NCBI GenBank assembly: GCA_050331735.1 | Contig: JBHJGN010000004.1 | Span: 141,986-205,985, forward strand | Reading direction: 5' to 3' | DNA from: Cyanophyceae cyanobacterium | Lineage (GTDB): Bacteria; Cyanobacteriota; Cyanobacteriia; Cyanobacteriales; JBHJGN01 | DNA length: 64,000 nucleotides | Shown here: positions 1-11,085 of the stretch, one piece after another | Layout: each line of letters opens with the position of its first letter | Position numbering within the stretch: position 1 is the first letter of the stretch | Notes under the pieces: model-generated | What the model was told of the DNA's origin: nothing | Databases searched by the model: none | Seen by the model: only the letters and a program-made list of their open reading frames with translations | Program-made: the position numbers and the translations under genes

Positions 1-344
1 CAGAGCTAGTCAAGCAAATTGAAGACGCTTTTGGAGTCAGCGCTGCCGCACCGTCTGGCGGAATGATGATGATGGCTCCTGGTGCTGCTCCAGCTGCTGG
101 GGATGGTGCCGCTGCTGAGGAAGAAGAAAAGACGGAGTTTGATGTTGTGCTTGAAGAAGTCCCGTCTGATAAGAAGATTGCCATCCTTAAAGTTGTCCGT
201 TCTCTGACTGGCTTAGGCCTTAAAGAAGCCAAAGATATGGTGGAATCTACACCAAAGCCGATCAAAGAGGGAGTCGCTAAAGAGGAAGCTGAGGAAGTGA
301 AGAAAAAGCTAGAAGAAGCTGGCGGTAAAGTCAGCGTCAAGTAG
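1..344 (+). CDS. rplL: 50S ribosomal protein L7/L12 (5' end outside window)
   Basis: Frame is open from base 3 ([16 protein letters not shown]...); C-terminal domain [11 protein letters not shown]...[12 protein letters not shown]...[11 protein letters not shown] is diagnostic. Confidence 0.98.
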   Translation, partial: ELVKQIEDAFGVSAAAPSGGMMMMAPGAAPAAGDGAAAEEEEKTEFDVVLEEVPSDKKIAILKVVRSLTGLGLKEAKDMVESTPKPIKEGVAKEEAEEVKKKLEEAGGKVSVK

Positions 345-395
345 AGCAGAACTGCTACTGGGTTATTCTCTTCTAACTAAGCGCTTCTAGACAGC

Positions 396-423
396 AAAGC
401 AGGCCCCTATGGACCTGCTTTTT
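396..423 (+). terminator. Probable intrinsic terminator after rplL, possibly bidirectional
   Basis: AAAGCAGG(396-403)...CCTGCTTT(414-421) stem followed by a T-run; lies between convergent genes. Confidence 0.7.
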
Positions 424-430
424 CTCGCGC

Positions 431-805
431 TTAGGGTTTACAAACCCATTTCCAAAGAGGATGACTCGGACCTGCTAAGCGAATTTTTTGAACCTGTTGT
501 GCGAGGCGATATTTTTCTTTAGCAGAGAGTCCTCTAACAATGTTGAGACTTTGCCAGACCAAAACGGCTGCCGTAATCCCGATACAAAAAGCGAGGCAAA
601 AAGCAGGAAGGCGATTATAAATAATGGCGTAGCGTACTGCTGTCCAGGTAAAGTACTGTTGCCAAAGCACAATTTCTGAGCGCAAGCTCCAGATGCTAAT
701 GGTTCCCAAGCAGAGCCAACACCCAAGCACCAACAACCACCGACTCCAGACGGTCAATCGGTGCAGTTTCTGAATTTGTTTGTTCAGCTCATTGTGATTG
801 GTCAT
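431..805 (-). CDS. Conserved hypothetical membrane protein
   Basis: Two hydrophobic segments and C-terminal GPSHPLWKWV. ATG at 805 (MTNHNEL) preferred over 859. Confidence 0.65.
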   Translation of the reverse strand: MTNHNELNKQIQKLHRLTVWSRWLLVLGCWLCLGTISIWSLRSEIVLWQQYFTWTAVRYAIIYNRLPAFCLAFCIGITAAVLVWQSLNIVRGLSAKEKYRLAQQVQKIRLAGPSHPLWKWVCKP

Positions 806-942
806 TTGATATACTTGTTGCCATTCATCCTCAAAAGGCACCGCCGTACTCAACCGCATTTAAAATGACAGTAGAGCGCACACCAGATACTAGAAAAGCT
901 CTGCTCAATCGCCCTTGCTCACCAGCGAGATTAGGAACGAAT

Positions 943-1122
943 ATGGATTCTACAGAAGCCTGGTATATCTTGAGAGAAAAAGACGGAACTTGTCAAATTG
1001 TTGCCGTTGCCAATAAACAGTCCCCGAACGCTGAAGAGCGCTGGGGACCTTTTAGTTCTCAAGCAGAGGCAATTGCCCGTCGAGTCGGACTGATTCGGGC
1101 TGGAAAGTGTCAGCCTCAGTAA
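943..1122 (+). CDS. Small conserved cyanobacterial protein
   Basis: WYILREKDGTCQI...WGPFSSQAEAIARRVGLIRAGKCQP resembles a small cyanobacterial family; likely start is the ATG at 943. Confidence 0.7.
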   Translation: MDSTEAWYILREKDGTCQIVAVANKQSPNAEERWGPFSSQAEAIARRVGLIRAGKCQPQ

Positions 1123-1130
1123 ATGAAGGT

Positions 1131-2417
1131 TTACTGAGGAGCTAACTGAGACTTTTTGAAGGCTGCCACCTCTTGATTCAGGGTTTTTAGTGCTTGTACA
1201 AATTGAGAATCTTCTTCAGTTCCTATCTGAGTGCGATTAGTCTGGAGCTCTTTTCGCTCTTCATCCGTCATTTCCGAAATAACATCAGGAACAATGCCCT
1301 CTTTATGAATGTCTCGACCGTTGGGCGTGAGATATTTAGCGATTGTCACGGCCAAACCCGAACCATCTCCGAGACCGCGTACAGACTGCACTAATCCTTT
1401 GCCAAACGTTTTGGTTCCAACTAAGGTCGCTCGTTCGTTGTCTTGAAGAGCACCGGACAAAATTTCACTCGCGCTTGCTGACCCGCCGTCAACCAGCACC
1501 ACCAACGGCTTGTCTGTTAAAGCTCGACCATTAGCCTCCTGACGTTCAATCGTACCGAGTCTGTTGACGGTAGAAACAATTGCCCCTTGGTCGAGCCACA
1601 TTCTCGCAATCTCGACACTGGAGTAGAGTAACCCCCCTGGGTTAGAACGCAAATCGAGAATATATCCATCTACATTTTGCGCTTCGAGATCTCGAATGGC
1701 TTCTCGCATTTCCTTTGAGGCTCGAGAGCTAAATTGAGTCAGGCGGATGTAGCCAATTGTGTCGGTGGGAGTTTCTTCAACCCGAGCCCGTACCGGATGA
1801 ATTTCTATTTTATCTCTAACGATTGTATAGTCTCTTTCCTGTTCTTCCCGCAGAATGGTGAGAGTCACAGCCGTTCCTGGCTTACCGCGAATGAGCTGTA
1901 CCGCATCGTTGACTTCCATGCCCTCGGTGCTTTGACCATCAATCTCGACAATGACATCTCTGGCTAAAATACCAGCTTCAAAAGCCGGAGTTTCTTCAAT
2001 CGGAGCAATCACGACTAGTTGCTCGGTTTCTTCATCTTTAGCAATGGTGATGCCAACCCCGGTTAATTCTCCAGAAGTATCTATCTGCATGTTCTTGAAT
2101 TCTTCTGGATTCATGAAGCGAGTGTAGGGATCGTTGAGCTTTTCCAGCATCTCCTGAATGGCATCATAAGCTTCCTCCTGGTCGGCATAGGATCGCTCTA
2201 GATACTCACTACGAATAGCCTGCCAATTTACCTGGTTGAACGTAGCGTCAACGTATTGACGATTGATAATCTGCCAGACTTCATCCACTAGCTCCTTGGG
2301 GCTTTCACGAAAAAAAGCTTGACTTTGAGAAAGGCGAACTCCGGCTCCTGTCAACGCCACTCCGGCCACAATTGTTGCGGTAGCGCCGAGAACAAGACTG
2401 CGTTTTGTAATGACCAT
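1131..2417 (-). CDS. ctpC: Carboxyl-terminal processing protease (S41, PDZ domain), CtpC-like
   Basis: DLRSNPGG, GSASASEI and TFGKGLVQ motifs, PDZ region, MVITKRSLVLGATA leader. Paralog assignment (C versus A/B) rests on the N-terminus. Confidence 0.88.
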   Translation of the reverse strand: MVITKRSLVLGATATIVAGVALTGAGVRLSQSQAFFRESPKELVDEVWQIINRQYVDATFNQVNWQAIRSEYLERSYADQEEAYDAIQEMLEKLNDPYTRFMNPEEFKNMQIDTSGELTGVGITIAKDEETEQLVVIAPIEETPAFEAGILARDVIVEIDGQSTEGMEVNDAVQLIRGKPGTAVTLTILREEQERDYTIVRDKIEIHPVRARVEETPTDTIGYIRLTQFSSRASKEMREAIRDLEAQNVDGYILDLRSNPGGLLYSSVEIARMWLDQGAIVSTVNRLGTIERQEANGRALTDKPLVVLVDGGSASASEILSGALQDNERATLVGTKTFGKGLVQSVRGLGDGSGLAVTIAKYLTPNGRDIHKEGIVPDVISEMTDEERKELQTNRTQIGTEEDSQFVQALKTLNQEVAAFKKSQLAPQ

Positions 2418-2660
2418 ATGCTTACTGAACTATGCCTGGGGAGAACTTCTGCTACAATTTTAACGCTCACTCTAGCACACGTGTATCTTGCCGAGGAACT
2501 GAGCAGCGTCACTTTTATTTTTGATGGACTTATTGTCACTATTTTAAAAGTAAATTGGCGATCGCGTTAGAGACAAACGGTTTTAAGTCTTGCAGGATTG
2601 GGCTCATTCAGCTCCGGGATTTTAGTCCCTAAAATTTTGTCATTGGGAACACTTTAAAAT

Positions 2661-3470
2661 ATGGCTTCCTCGTCTTCTGTAGATTATCAACGACGGCAAG
2701 AGCTACAGCAGCGCCGCAGACACAATCTTTATCGAGCCATCTGGCGCTCACTCGTAGCTGGAAGCGTTGCGGCTGGTTTATGGTGGGCTGTTGCTTCCCC
2801 TCGATGGGTTATTGAAACGGAAGAGCAAATTGCCGTTGAAGGCAATCAATTTCTGTCAGACCGGGCGATTCGCTCCTTGCTTGCTCTTTCCTATCCGCAG
2901 TCTATTATTCAGTTGAATATCCAGCAGCTTATCCAGCAGCTCAAGACAACAGCGCCCGTTACGAACGCGATCATTACCCGACAACTCCTCCCGCCTAAGC
3001 TGTCTATTGCTGTCAAAGAGCGTCCTCCTGTTGCGGTGGTTGTCACTGCCGTTGAAGAACTCGGACCGGTAGAGACCGGTTACCTCGACTCTCAAGGCAT
3101 TTTAGTGTCGATTGACCAGTACAAGCGACTAGACCCCGCTGCCAAACCATCTTTGCAAGTGATTGGTTTTCAACCGCAATATCAGCAGTATTGGACACGA
3201 CTCTATGAGCTGATTCGCCAGTCCCAAGTTTTCGTTTCTACCGTTAACTTGCAAAATCCGAGTAATTTAACCCTTGAAACCGCTCTCGGCATTGTTCATC
3301 TAGGAGCTAATCCTTCCTTGCTCAGCAAACAGATCGCCATTCTGTCTCAACTACAGCCTTTACCAGCTCAACTAAAAAGGGAGAAAACCGAAATTGTCTT
3401 GATTGACCTCACTAACCCAGAGTCACCAGAGCTTCAGCTAGCTCAGCTTGAGCAAAATCAGGAAAACTAA
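2661..3470 (+). CDS. ftsQ: Cell division protein FtsQ/DivIB
   Basis: Basic N-terminus, single TM helix, POTRA-like VEGNQFLS...VKERPPVA, C-terminal IDLTNPESP; directly upstream of ftsZ. Confidence 0.9.
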   Translation: MASSSSVDYQRRQELQQRRRHNLYRAIWRSLVAGSVAAGLWWAVASPRWVIETEEQIAVEGNQFLSDRAIRSLLALSYPQSIIQLNIQQLIQQLKTTAPVTNAIITRQLLPPKLSIAVKERPPVAVVVTAVEELGPVETGYLDSQGILVSIDQYKRLDPAAKPSLQVIGFQPQYQQYWTRLYELIRQSQVFVSTVNLQNPSNLTLETALGIVHLGANPSLLSKQIAILSQLQPLPAQLKREKTEIVLIDLTNPESPELQLAQLEQNQEN

Positions 3471-3721
3471 GCTAGCCCCGTCGTCTCTTAGCTACCTGAG
3501 TCGAGTGCCGCTATACGCGTTTTTCGCCGATACGTTTCTAGTCTGCTTTTACATCAGTTTTACGCTTTGCCAGAAAAAGTCTTGTACTTTACTCGACAAA
3601 AAATTGACAAAGTTTCCGAGTTTTTTTACTCTAAGAGCGTAATTTTAAACAACTCACTTTATAGCTGCTTCATTCCAGTTAAAATTTCAAACAAAGCATC
3701 AGAAACCTCTTTTCAAGTCCA

Positions 3722-4966
3722 ATGACATTTAATTATCAATTTGGTCAGATGAATTTAAGCTCTAGCAGTAGGCAAGCTGCCGACTCATCAATTCCCGTGA
3801 GAGATAACAACAGTAGCGTAGAATTACCGATAGGGACAAGTAGCAAACTGGAAGCAATTCCCAGGGAAGAGAGTATGAGTAGCGACATTTTGCCGAGCAA
3901 CGTCGCCAGGATCAAGGTCATTGGTGTTGGTGGTGGAGGCTGCAATGCAGTCAACCGGATGATTGAAGGCGGCGTTTCTGGAGTCGAATTTTGGCAAATT
4001 AATACTGATGCTCAAGCGTTGACCTATGCGGCTGCTTCCCAACGCCTGCAGATTGGACAAAAAATTACGCGCGGTTTGGGTGCTGGCGGTAATCCAGCCA
4101 TTGGTCAAAAGGCAGCCGAGGAATCACGCGAGGAAATCGCTAGCGCCATTGAGGGAACGGATCTCGTTTTTATTGCTGCCGGAATGGGAGGCGGAACCGG
4201 AACGGGTGCGGCTCCCATCGTTGCGGAGGTGGCAAAGGAGATGGGCTGTTTGACCGTTGGCGTCGTGACTCGTCCGTTTACCTTTGAAGGTCGTCGTCGG
4301 ACGAATCAGGCAGAAGAAGGAATCTCTGGGCTGCAATCTCGGGTAGATACCTTAATCGTGATTCCCAATAATCAGCTACTGACGGTGATCTCGCCGGAAA
4401 CGCCTGTTCAAGAAGCGTTTCGGGTGGCAGATGATATTCTTCGTCAAGGGGTTCAGGGAATTTCTGACATTATCACCATTCCAGGACTAGTCAACGTGGA
4501 CTTTGCTGACGTGCGCGCCGTCATGGCTGATGCTGGTTCGGCTCTCATGGGGATTGGGATTGGGTCTGGTAAATCCCGCGCCCGAGAAGGAGCCATTGCC
4601 GCTATTTCTTCGCCGCTGCTGGAGTCTTCCATTGAGGGGGCCAGGGGCGTTGTGTTAAACATTACTGGTGGTGACGATCTCAGCCTGCACGAAGTCAATA
4701 CGGCGGCTGAAACCATCTATGAAATTGTCGATCCAAACGCGAACATCATCTTCGGAGCCGTCATTGACGAAAGAATGCAGGGAGAAATTCGGATTACGGT
4801 AATTGCCACTGGCTTTACCGGGGAATCTCACTCTGGAGGAGCGACCAAAGCGACCACCCCTTCTCCTAGTCGCTCGCCATCGCCGACAAAACCCACTGAG
4901 AACAGCGAGCCTTCCCTCGATATTCCTGAGTTTTTGCGCAGACGGCGATTCTCCAAAGGACTATAA
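3722..4966 (+). CDS. ftsZ: Cell division GTPase FtsZ
   Basis: [36 protein letters not shown] and C-terminal [10 protein letters not shown]. Confidence 0.99.
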   Translation: MTFNYQFGQMNLSSSSRQAADSSIPVRDNNSSVELPIGTSSKLEAIPREESMSSDILPSNVARIKVIGVGGGGCNAVNRMIEGGVSGVEFWQINTDAQALTYAAASQRLQIGQKITRGLGAGGNPAIGQKAAEESREEIASAIEGTDLVFIAAGMGGGTGTGAAPIVAEVAKEMGCLTVGVVTRPFTFEGRRRTNQAEEGISGLQSRVDTLIVIPNNQLLTVISPETPVQEAFRVADDILRQGVQGISDIITIPGLVNVDFADVRAVMADAGSALMGIGIGSGKSRAREGAIAAISSPLLESSIEGARGVVLNITGGDDLSLHEVNTAAETIYEIVDPNANIIFGAVIDERMQGEIRITVIATGFTGESHSGGATKATTPSPSRSPSPTKPTENSEPSLDIPEFLRRRRFSKGL

Positions 4967-4971
4967 AGTTA

Positions 4972-5781
4972 ATGATTCCAACGGCGCTCACAATCGCTGG
5001 CTCCGATAGCGGCGGCGGTGCTGGCATTCAGGCCGATCTCCGCACCTTCTCGTTTCATCGCGTACACGGAACAAGCGCCATTACCTGTATTACGGCTCAA
5101 AACACGGTAGCGGTCACCCAAGTCGTGCCGCTGGCTCCGGATGCGGTCGTTGCTCAAATTGAGGCAGTCATCAGCGATATTGGTGTCCAGGCTGTTAAAA
5201 CCGGTATGCTGCTCAATCAGGAGATTATTACCGCCGTGGCTCAGCAAGTTGAGCGCTGGCAGCTCACTCAGCTAGTGGTCGACCCGGTGATGGTATCGCG
5301 GGCGGGAGACCAGCTCATTGATAATGAGGCGATCGCTCAACTGAAAACAGAATTACTGCCGCAGGCGTTGATTGCTACTCCTAACCGCTACGAAGCTCAG
5401 CTACTGAGCGGTTTAGAAATTAATACCCTGAAAGATATGCACACGGCGGCAGTCGCGATTTATCAGCAGGGAGCGGCAGCCGTGTTAGTCAAAGGAGGAG
5501 CAATGTCTGGCGAACTCCGAGGGGTTGATGTTTGGTTTGATGGCCAAGCAGAAACCCTAACAACAAATACTGTAGAGACGGCTAACACCCACGGAACAGG
5601 CTGTACTCTTTCAGCGGCGATCACCGCTAATCTAGCCCTTGGTTATGCTCCCTTCGCAGCGGTCCGGCAGGCAAAAGACTACGTGACATTAGCTCTCAAA
5701 CATTCCTTAGATATTGGCCAGGGAAGCGGGCCAGTCGGACACTTTTTCCCCTTGCTTGGTTCCGAATCGAGCGGAGCGTGA
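4972..5781 (+). CDS. thiD: Hydroxymethylpyrimidine/phosphomethylpyrimidine kinase
   Basis: ALTIAGSDSGGGAGIQADL, VVDPVM and THGTGCTLSAA motifs. Confidence 0.96.
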   Translation: MIPTALTIAGSDSGGGAGIQADLRTFSFHRVHGTSAITCITAQNTVAVTQVVPLAPDAVVAQIEAVISDIGVQAVKTGMLLNQEIITAVAQQVERWQLTQLVVDPVMVSRAGDQLIDNEAIAQLKTELLPQALIATPNRYEAQLLSGLEINTLKDMHTAAVAIYQQGAAAVLVKGGAMSGELRGVDVWFDGQAETLTTNTVETANTHGTGCTLSAAITANLALGYAPFAAVRQAKDYVTLALKHSLDIGQGSGPVGHFFPLLGSESSGA

Positions 5782-6055
5782 CTCTAAGTATTCACGGCAA
5801 TCTTAGCGCTGATGGGATTGCCTATCACTGGCAGCCTCGGTAGCGAGGTGTCATTAAAGCGAGCAGTTTTTCTGTTTACCTAACATTTCTTGAGTTAACA
5901 AAAATTATTATATGCGGCCTGGATAGCGCTCGAATGTGTTCTATCTTGGCTTTACAGGACTGACCCCACTTTAACGAGTAACCAGTCAACAAATTGTTGT
6001 TAAAATTTGACTTTTGAGTTAAAAAGCAATCAATAACCGGCAATTCCTTAAGAGA

Positions 6056-6514
6056 ATGACCAAGAAGATTGAAACCTCCCCTCCAGCAGCAACCACAGCT
6101 TATTGTCCGGCTGTGCCAATTTCGCTTTATCGAGAAGTAGTGGGAGAACTGCAGGCAACTAAAGCACAGCTCGACTCTTTAAAGTGCCAAAATCAGCAGC
6201 TTGTGCGACAGAATCAACAGCTCCGGCAGGAAGCGGAGAAAATTTTTTATTCCGCTCAGAATCTGAAGCAGGTTCTCGTCGCTGGCGACCGCGCTGGCCA
6301 GGAATCGAGGGGCTTCAAGCCCGTAGTAGCAATGCCGCCCTCGGCTCAAGTCCAGACAACCGTGGCCGCCCCGCTCCCCCAGTATCTTGCCAATCTTAAA
6401 ACCCCATTCCCCCATCGCTGGGGTTTAGCTCTCTTAATTGGAGCAATCGGCTTCAGTGCCTTTGCCGCTGGTTTTTTCCTCATCCCGCTGCTGATGAACC
6501 AGAATAATCGTTAG
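6056..6514 (+). CDS. Hypothetical coiled-coil protein with C-terminal TM helix
   Basis: PAVPISLYREVVGELQAT...QNQQL repeats; hydrophobic C-terminus. Confidence 0.75.
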   Translation: MTKKIETSPPAATTAYCPAVPISLYREVVGELQATKAQLDSLKCQNQQLVRQNQQLRQEAEKIFYSAQNLKQVLVAGDRAGQESRGFKPVVAMPPSAQVQTTVAAPLPQYLANLKTPFPHRWGLALLIGAIGFSAFAAGFFLIPLLMNQNNR

Positions 6515-6598
6515 CCATACATCAGTGATTGCTCAAAATTAGCTTTTTGCGATGGGTAGCGATGGCATAATAAATTTATTTCGTACCGCTAAGCGCTA

Positions 6599-7927
6599 AT
6601 GGGAGCTATTCAAGCCGTTAAAGGAACGCGGGACATTTTACCCGCAGAAGTGGGCTACTGGCAGCAGGTTGAAGCTGTTGCTGCTCAAATTCTTCATCGA
6701 GCCGCCTACCAAGAAATGCGTCCGCCAGTGCTGGAGCATACAGAACTCTTTGAAAGAGGCATTGGCGAAGCAACGGACGTGGTCAGTAAGGAAATGTATA
6801 CTTTTGACGATCGAGCCACGCCCCCGCGATCGCTGACGCTGCGTCCTGAAGTCACCGCCGGACTCGTGCGAGCCTTCATTCAAAATAGTCTGCACACCAG
6901 TGGCGGGGTGCAGCGGATTTGGTGTGTCGGCCCCGTGTTTCGCTACGAAAATCCTCAAGCTGGACGACAAAGACAGTTTCACCAGCTTGACGTTGAGGCT
7001 ATTGGCAGTGGCGATCCTCGGGCCGATGTGGAGGTGATTGCGATCGCCACCGATATTTTAAACTCTCTTGGTTTAACGAAGCTCCATCTTGACCTCAACT
7101 CCGTCGGGAATCGAGAAGATCGCCAGCACTATCGAGAAGCGCTGGTAAACTACTTTACTCCTTACCAGAACGAGCTAGACAAAGACTCTCAAGAGCGTCT
7201 CGGTCGTAACCCGCTGAGAATCCTCGACAGCAAAGACAAACGAACTCAGGAAATTGCCCAAGGAGCGCCCAACATCCTCGACTACTTGAGCGCCGATTCG
7301 CAGCGACATTTTGACCGCGTTCAACAACTCTTAAACGTTCTCGGAATCAACTATCAGCTCAATCCTCGCCTGGTCCGCGGTCTAGATTACTACACCCATA
7401 CCGCTTTTGAAATTATTTCCGACGACCTCGGAGCACAGGCAACAGTCTGTGGTGGCGGACGTTATGATAGTTTGGTGCAGGAACTGGGCGGACCGGATAC
7501 ACCCGCTGTCGGTTGGGGAATGGGCCTAGAGCGCTTAATTCTGCTGCTACAGCAGAAGCAGATTGTTAGCTCTCGCCCAGATTTTTATATTGTTTCTCGG
7601 GGAGAACAGGCGGAAGCGCAAGCTTTAGTGTTGGCACAGAAGCTACGAACGCAGTTCTCAGTAGAGCTAGATCTTAGCGGGAGTAAGTTCGCTAAGCAGT
7701 TTAAACGCGCCGACCGCAGCGCGGCTTCTGCTTGCTTAGTTTTGGGAGAGGCAGAAGCTGCATCGAATACAGTTCAGCTCAAATGGATGGCCTCTGGAGA
7801 GCAACAGGAACTCTCTCAAGCACAATTACTCGCTATGACCGAGCAATTGCGAGAGCAACTCGCGTTACATCATCGGGAGAAAGAATATGAAGAACTGGGA
7901 GTTTCTGATTCAGAAAGCAGGGGATGA
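6599..7927 (+). CDS. hisS: Histidine--tRNA ligase
   Basis: KGTRDILP, KEMYTF, LRPE, GRQRQFHQ, RGLDYY and GGGRYD motifs. Confidence 0.98.
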   Translation: MGAIQAVKGTRDILPAEVGYWQQVEAVAAQILHRAAYQEMRPPVLEHTELFERGIGEATDVVSKEMYTFDDRATPPRSLTLRPEVTAGLVRAFIQNSLHTSGGVQRIWCVGPVFRYENPQAGRQRQFHQLDVEAIGSGDPRADVEVIAIATDILNSLGLTKLHLDLNSVGNREDRQHYREALVNYFTPYQNELDKDSQERLGRNPLRILDSKDKRTQEIAQGAPNILDYLSADSQRHFDRVQQLLNVLGINYQLNPRLVRGLDYYTHTAFEIISDDLGAQATVCGGGRYDSLVQELGGPDTPAVGWGMGLERLILLLQQKQIVSSRPDFYIVSRGEQAEAQALVLAQKLRTQFSVELDLSGSKFAKQFKRADRSAASACLVLGEAEAASNTVQLKWMASGEQQELSQAQLLAMTEQLREQLALHHREKEYEELGVSDSESRG

Positions 7928-9224
7928 CGTTTGGCAGCCTTTGCAAGCGTCTGGGGAAATTGAAGTCGGGAGCTATCGAATCGTGGCGCAAACGCAGCGA
8001 GTCAATACTGAGGTAGAAATTCGCGTCACCTACTACGGCAAGGTAACTCGCTCCCAAAAATGCCAGCGGCAGACTAACGCCGAAGGTCTGGTTGCCGTTG
8101 TTCCGTTCACCGACTTTCAACCGGGTTTGTGGGAAATTGACTGCCACGGCGACCTGATGGGGGAGCTAATGGGAGAAAGCTGGCAAGCAAGCCTGCATCT
8201 GCAAGTTGTACCCCCACCAGAAGCGGCACCGGCTACAGAACGATCTGCTCCCTCTTCTAACAGCGAGATTGAAGACGCTTGGGAACTCGTTGCTTCGGTA
8301 GAGTTTGAGGACGATCCGAATGCCGTGCCAGTGCCTCTAGCAGAGGATTTAAGGCAACCCGAAGCAGCAGGAAAGGAGCTACCAGAGTTAGAATTGACGC
8401 TCTATCAAGATACCTTCCTCAAAGGAAAAGAACCAATTCTGCTCTCGGGTCGCATTGATATTGCCAATGCCGATGCCTCGGCCCATTGGCAATTATTTGG
8501 CGGAAGACTGCGCTACCAGCTCCGCGATCCGCGAACGGCAGAGGTGCTTTTCGATGCCCAACAGCCTTTGTCAAAACAAGCTTTGCCGCTGATCTTTAGC
8601 TACACTTTAGAACTTCAAGCTTGGGAAACCTGTTTGCTGCTAGGAGAGGTCTCTCTCGAAGTGGCTTCGGAACAGGATGAATCGGAAACAGTGCCGATCG
8701 CTAGCCAAGGCTTTACCATTACCGCCGATGTCGCAGAGCTCCTTCCTGCTCAAGGATTCGATGTACAAAAGCTCAGACGGTATCAATCTGCTGGTGCGCT
8801 GCGTCGTCTCAGCTTATTTGACCCCAGAAAAAGCCGAATGAACAAGCTGATGCGCTCGCGCTCCTCATCGGGGCAGATCCTGCCGCCGAGAATTAGCTCT
8901 CGGGATTCCGGCGAACCGATTAGCGAACCTCAGCTCCCTAAATTTCCGATGCAGCTTGCCTCGGTAGCTAGCATTCAGTACTCTGATGCCGCCCTCGCTG
9001 AAGAGTCTGTCGCTGCTGATGACAAGGCGATCGCCGCTGACCAAGCTTTTGCTGCTCTGAACCTGCAAGAACGTTTCTGGTCGCGTCTGAGTTCTTTAAC
9101 CGATCCGGAGGTAGATTCTGTTGAGTCAGAAACAGATGCGGAAGACACTAACGGTGCTCGTGACGATGAGGAAGAAATTGATGTTGAAGCTACTGAAGAG
9201 GCTGAGCAAGCGACTCAAGATTAA
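7887..9224 (+). CDS. Conserved hypothetical protein with acidic tail
   Basis: 445-aa ORF starting MKNWEFLIQKAGDDVWQPL; overlaps the hisS end by 41 bp. Confidence 0.75.
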   Translation: MKNWEFLIQKAGDDVWQPLQASGEIEVGSYRIVAQTQRVNTEVEIRVTYYGKVTRSQKCQRQTNAEGLVAVVPFTDFQPGLWEIDCHGDLMGELMGESWQASLHLQVVPPPEAAPATERSAPSSNSEIEDAWELVASVEFEDDPNAVPVPLAEDLRQPEAAGKELPELELTLYQDTFLKGKEPILLSGRIDIANADASAHWQLFGGRLRYQLRDPRTAEVLFDAQQPLSKQALPLIFSYTLELQAWETCLLLGEVSLEVASEQDESETVPIASQGFTITADVAELLPAQGFDVQKLRRYQSAGALRRLSLFDPRKSRMNKLMRSRSSSGQILPPRISSRDSGEPISEPQLPKFPMQLASVASIQYSDAALAEESVAADDKAIAADQAFAALNLQERFWSRLSSLTDPEVDSVESETDAEDTNGARDDEEEIDVEATEEAEQATQD

Positions 9225-9265
9225 ACTCCCCTGACTCGAAAGCCGAATGGAAAATAAGCGTCAAA

Positions 9266-10966
9266 TCACTTTGCAGCGGCTTTTTTTCGCTGTTTCTTGG
9301 CTTTAGCGGCTTTTTTGGCGGCTTTCTTCTCTGCTTCTATTCTTTGTCGCTCTTTTTCTTTCTCTTCTTCAAGCTTGGTTAAATAGTAGTGATAATCACC
9401 TCGATAAACCAGCAGTTCTCCGTCGCGAATTTCAACAATTTTATTTGCTACTTTAGAAATAAAGTAGCGATCGTGAGACACCACAATCAGAGAGCCATCA
9501 TACTGCTGGAGTGCTTCTTCGAGCATTTCTTTGGCGGGAATATCCAGGTGATTCGTTGGCTCATCTAGCAGCAGTAAATTAGCCGGACTCAGCAGCATTT
9601 TAGCTAAGGCTAAGCGAGCTTTTTCGCCACCGCTGAGGGCGCTGACTGATTTTCGGACCGTATCACCGCTGAACAAAAATCTGCCGAGCAGGCTGCGAAC
9701 TTCCTCGTTCTTCCAGTCGGGAACTTCGTCGTGGATGGTATCTATGACAGTTTTGTTGAGCGGCAATGCTTCTGCCTGATTTTGCTCAAAATAGCCAGGA
9801 ATGACGTTGTGCTTGCCCAAGCTGACAATTCCTTCTTCCGGCTGCTCCAGGCCCATCATCATGCGTAGAAGCGTCGATTTGCCGGCTCCATTTGGTCCTA
9901 AAATAGCAATGCGATCGCTTCTTTCTACCAACAGTTCAGCGCCTAAAAACAAAATCTTATCGCTGTAGGTGTGAACGAGATCCTTAATAGCGACTACTTC
10001 CCGTCCGCTGCGTGGGGAAGGGGGAAATCGAAAGCGCAACGTTTTAACATCGGCGATTGGGGCTTCTATGCGCTCAATTTTTTCAAGCTGTTTCTCGCGG
10101 CTTTTTGCCTGGGTACTGCGGGTCGCGCTAGCGCGGAAGCGCTCCACAAAGGCCTGCTGACGCTCGATCTCTTTCTGCTGGCGCTCGTAGGTGCTTTGCT
10201 GAGCTACTTTTGCTTCTGCTTTTTGCTGAAGGTAGGCAGAGTAGTTGCCCAAGTAGGTTGTAGATACTCCCCGTTCGGTTTCGACAATCTTGGTGCAGAG
10301 GCGGTCTAGAAACTCGCGGTCGTGGGAAACAATTACCATCGGAGTGTTTAACTCTTTGAGGTAATTTTCCAGCCACTCAATGGTCGCCAAATCGAGATGG
10401 TTAGTGGGCTCGTCGAGCAGCAGCAGATCTGGGCTTTGCAGCAAAATCTTGCCTAAGCTCATCCGCATCTGCCAGCCACCGCTAAAGGAGCTAACCAGGC
10501 GATCACCGTCTTCGGCGGCGAATCCCATCTCTGGTAGAATCTTTTCAATCTGAGCTTCAAGTCCATAGCCGTCTAACGCCTCAAACTGTCGCTGATGCTT
10601 GTCTAGCTTGTTAATCAAAGTCTCTAGCTGCTCTGGCGTTGCTGTTTCCATCTCGTGCTGCACCTGGACAAGAGCCTGCTGCACTCGATTCGCCTCCTCA
10701 AATACTGTCCAGAATTCTTCTCGCACCGTCCGAGTTGGTTCAACCTCAAACTCCTGCGTTAGATAAGCAATGTGCAGGCTAGCTGGTCGAATGACCTCTC
10801 CAGAGGTGGCTTCTGTCTCTCCGGTAATAATGCGTAGCTGAGTCGATTTTCCGGCTCCGTTAACCCCGACGAGTCCAACTCGCTCTCCGGGCTTCACTTC
10901 CCAGTTAACGTCTTTGAGCACTTCACCCGTTGGGTATATCTTGCTAATATGTTCGAGTCGCAGCAT
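9266..10966 (-). CDS. ABC-F family ATPase (two ABC domains, no TM)
   Basis: GVNGAGKST and GPNGAGKST Walker A motifs, SGG signatures, two LLDEPTNHLD; start ATG 10966 (MLRLEHISK). Confidence 0.95.
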   Translation of the reverse strand: MLRLEHISKIYPTGEVLKDVNWEVKPGERVGLVGVNGAGKSTQLRIITGETEATSGEVIRPASLHIAYLTQEFEVEPTRTVREEFWTVFEEANRVQQALVQVQHEMETATPEQLETLINKLDKHQRQFEALDGYGLEAQIEKILPEMGFAAEDGDRLVSSFSGGWQMRMSLGKILLQSPDLLLLDEPTNHLDLATIEWLENYLKELNTPMVIVSHDREFLDRLCTKIVETERGVSTTYLGNYSAYLQQKAEAKVAQQSTYERQQKEIERQQAFVERFRASATRSTQAKSREKQLEKIERIEAPIADVKTLRFRFPPSPRSGREVVAIKDLVHTYSDKILFLGAELLVERSDRIAILGPNGAGKSTLLRMMMGLEQPEEGIVSLGKHNVIPGYFEQNQAEALPLNKTVIDTIHDEVPDWKNEEVRSLLGRFLFSGDTVRKSVSALSGGEKARLALAKMLLSPANLLLLDEPTNHLDIPAKEMLEEALQQYDGSLIVVSHDRYFISKVANKIVEIRDGELLVYRGDYHYYLTKLEEEKEKERQRIEAEKKAAKKAAKAKKQRKKAAAK

Positions 10967-11085
10967 AAAGAAACTTCCGAGATCAACAAATGCAGCCTTC
11001 TGCCCGTTAAATTGTATAACAAATTTTGAATATTTGTAAGCAACTTTAGTCGAGTTATCTACATAGTATTGGGTCAGACTCAAGG

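Noticed and set aside
865..1122. Small ORF as a possible transposase or IS
   Set aside because: About 60 aa with no catalytic DDE region, no terminal repeats and no target duplication; treated as a small conserved protein.
3722..3900. Long N-terminal extension of FtsZ
   Set aside because: Variable N-terminal extensions are normal in cyanobacterial FtsZ.
5790..5860. Hairpins after thiD as a possible TPP riboswitch
   Set aside because: They lie downstream of thiD and lack the conserved TPP aptamer sequences; more likely terminator or stabiliser stems.
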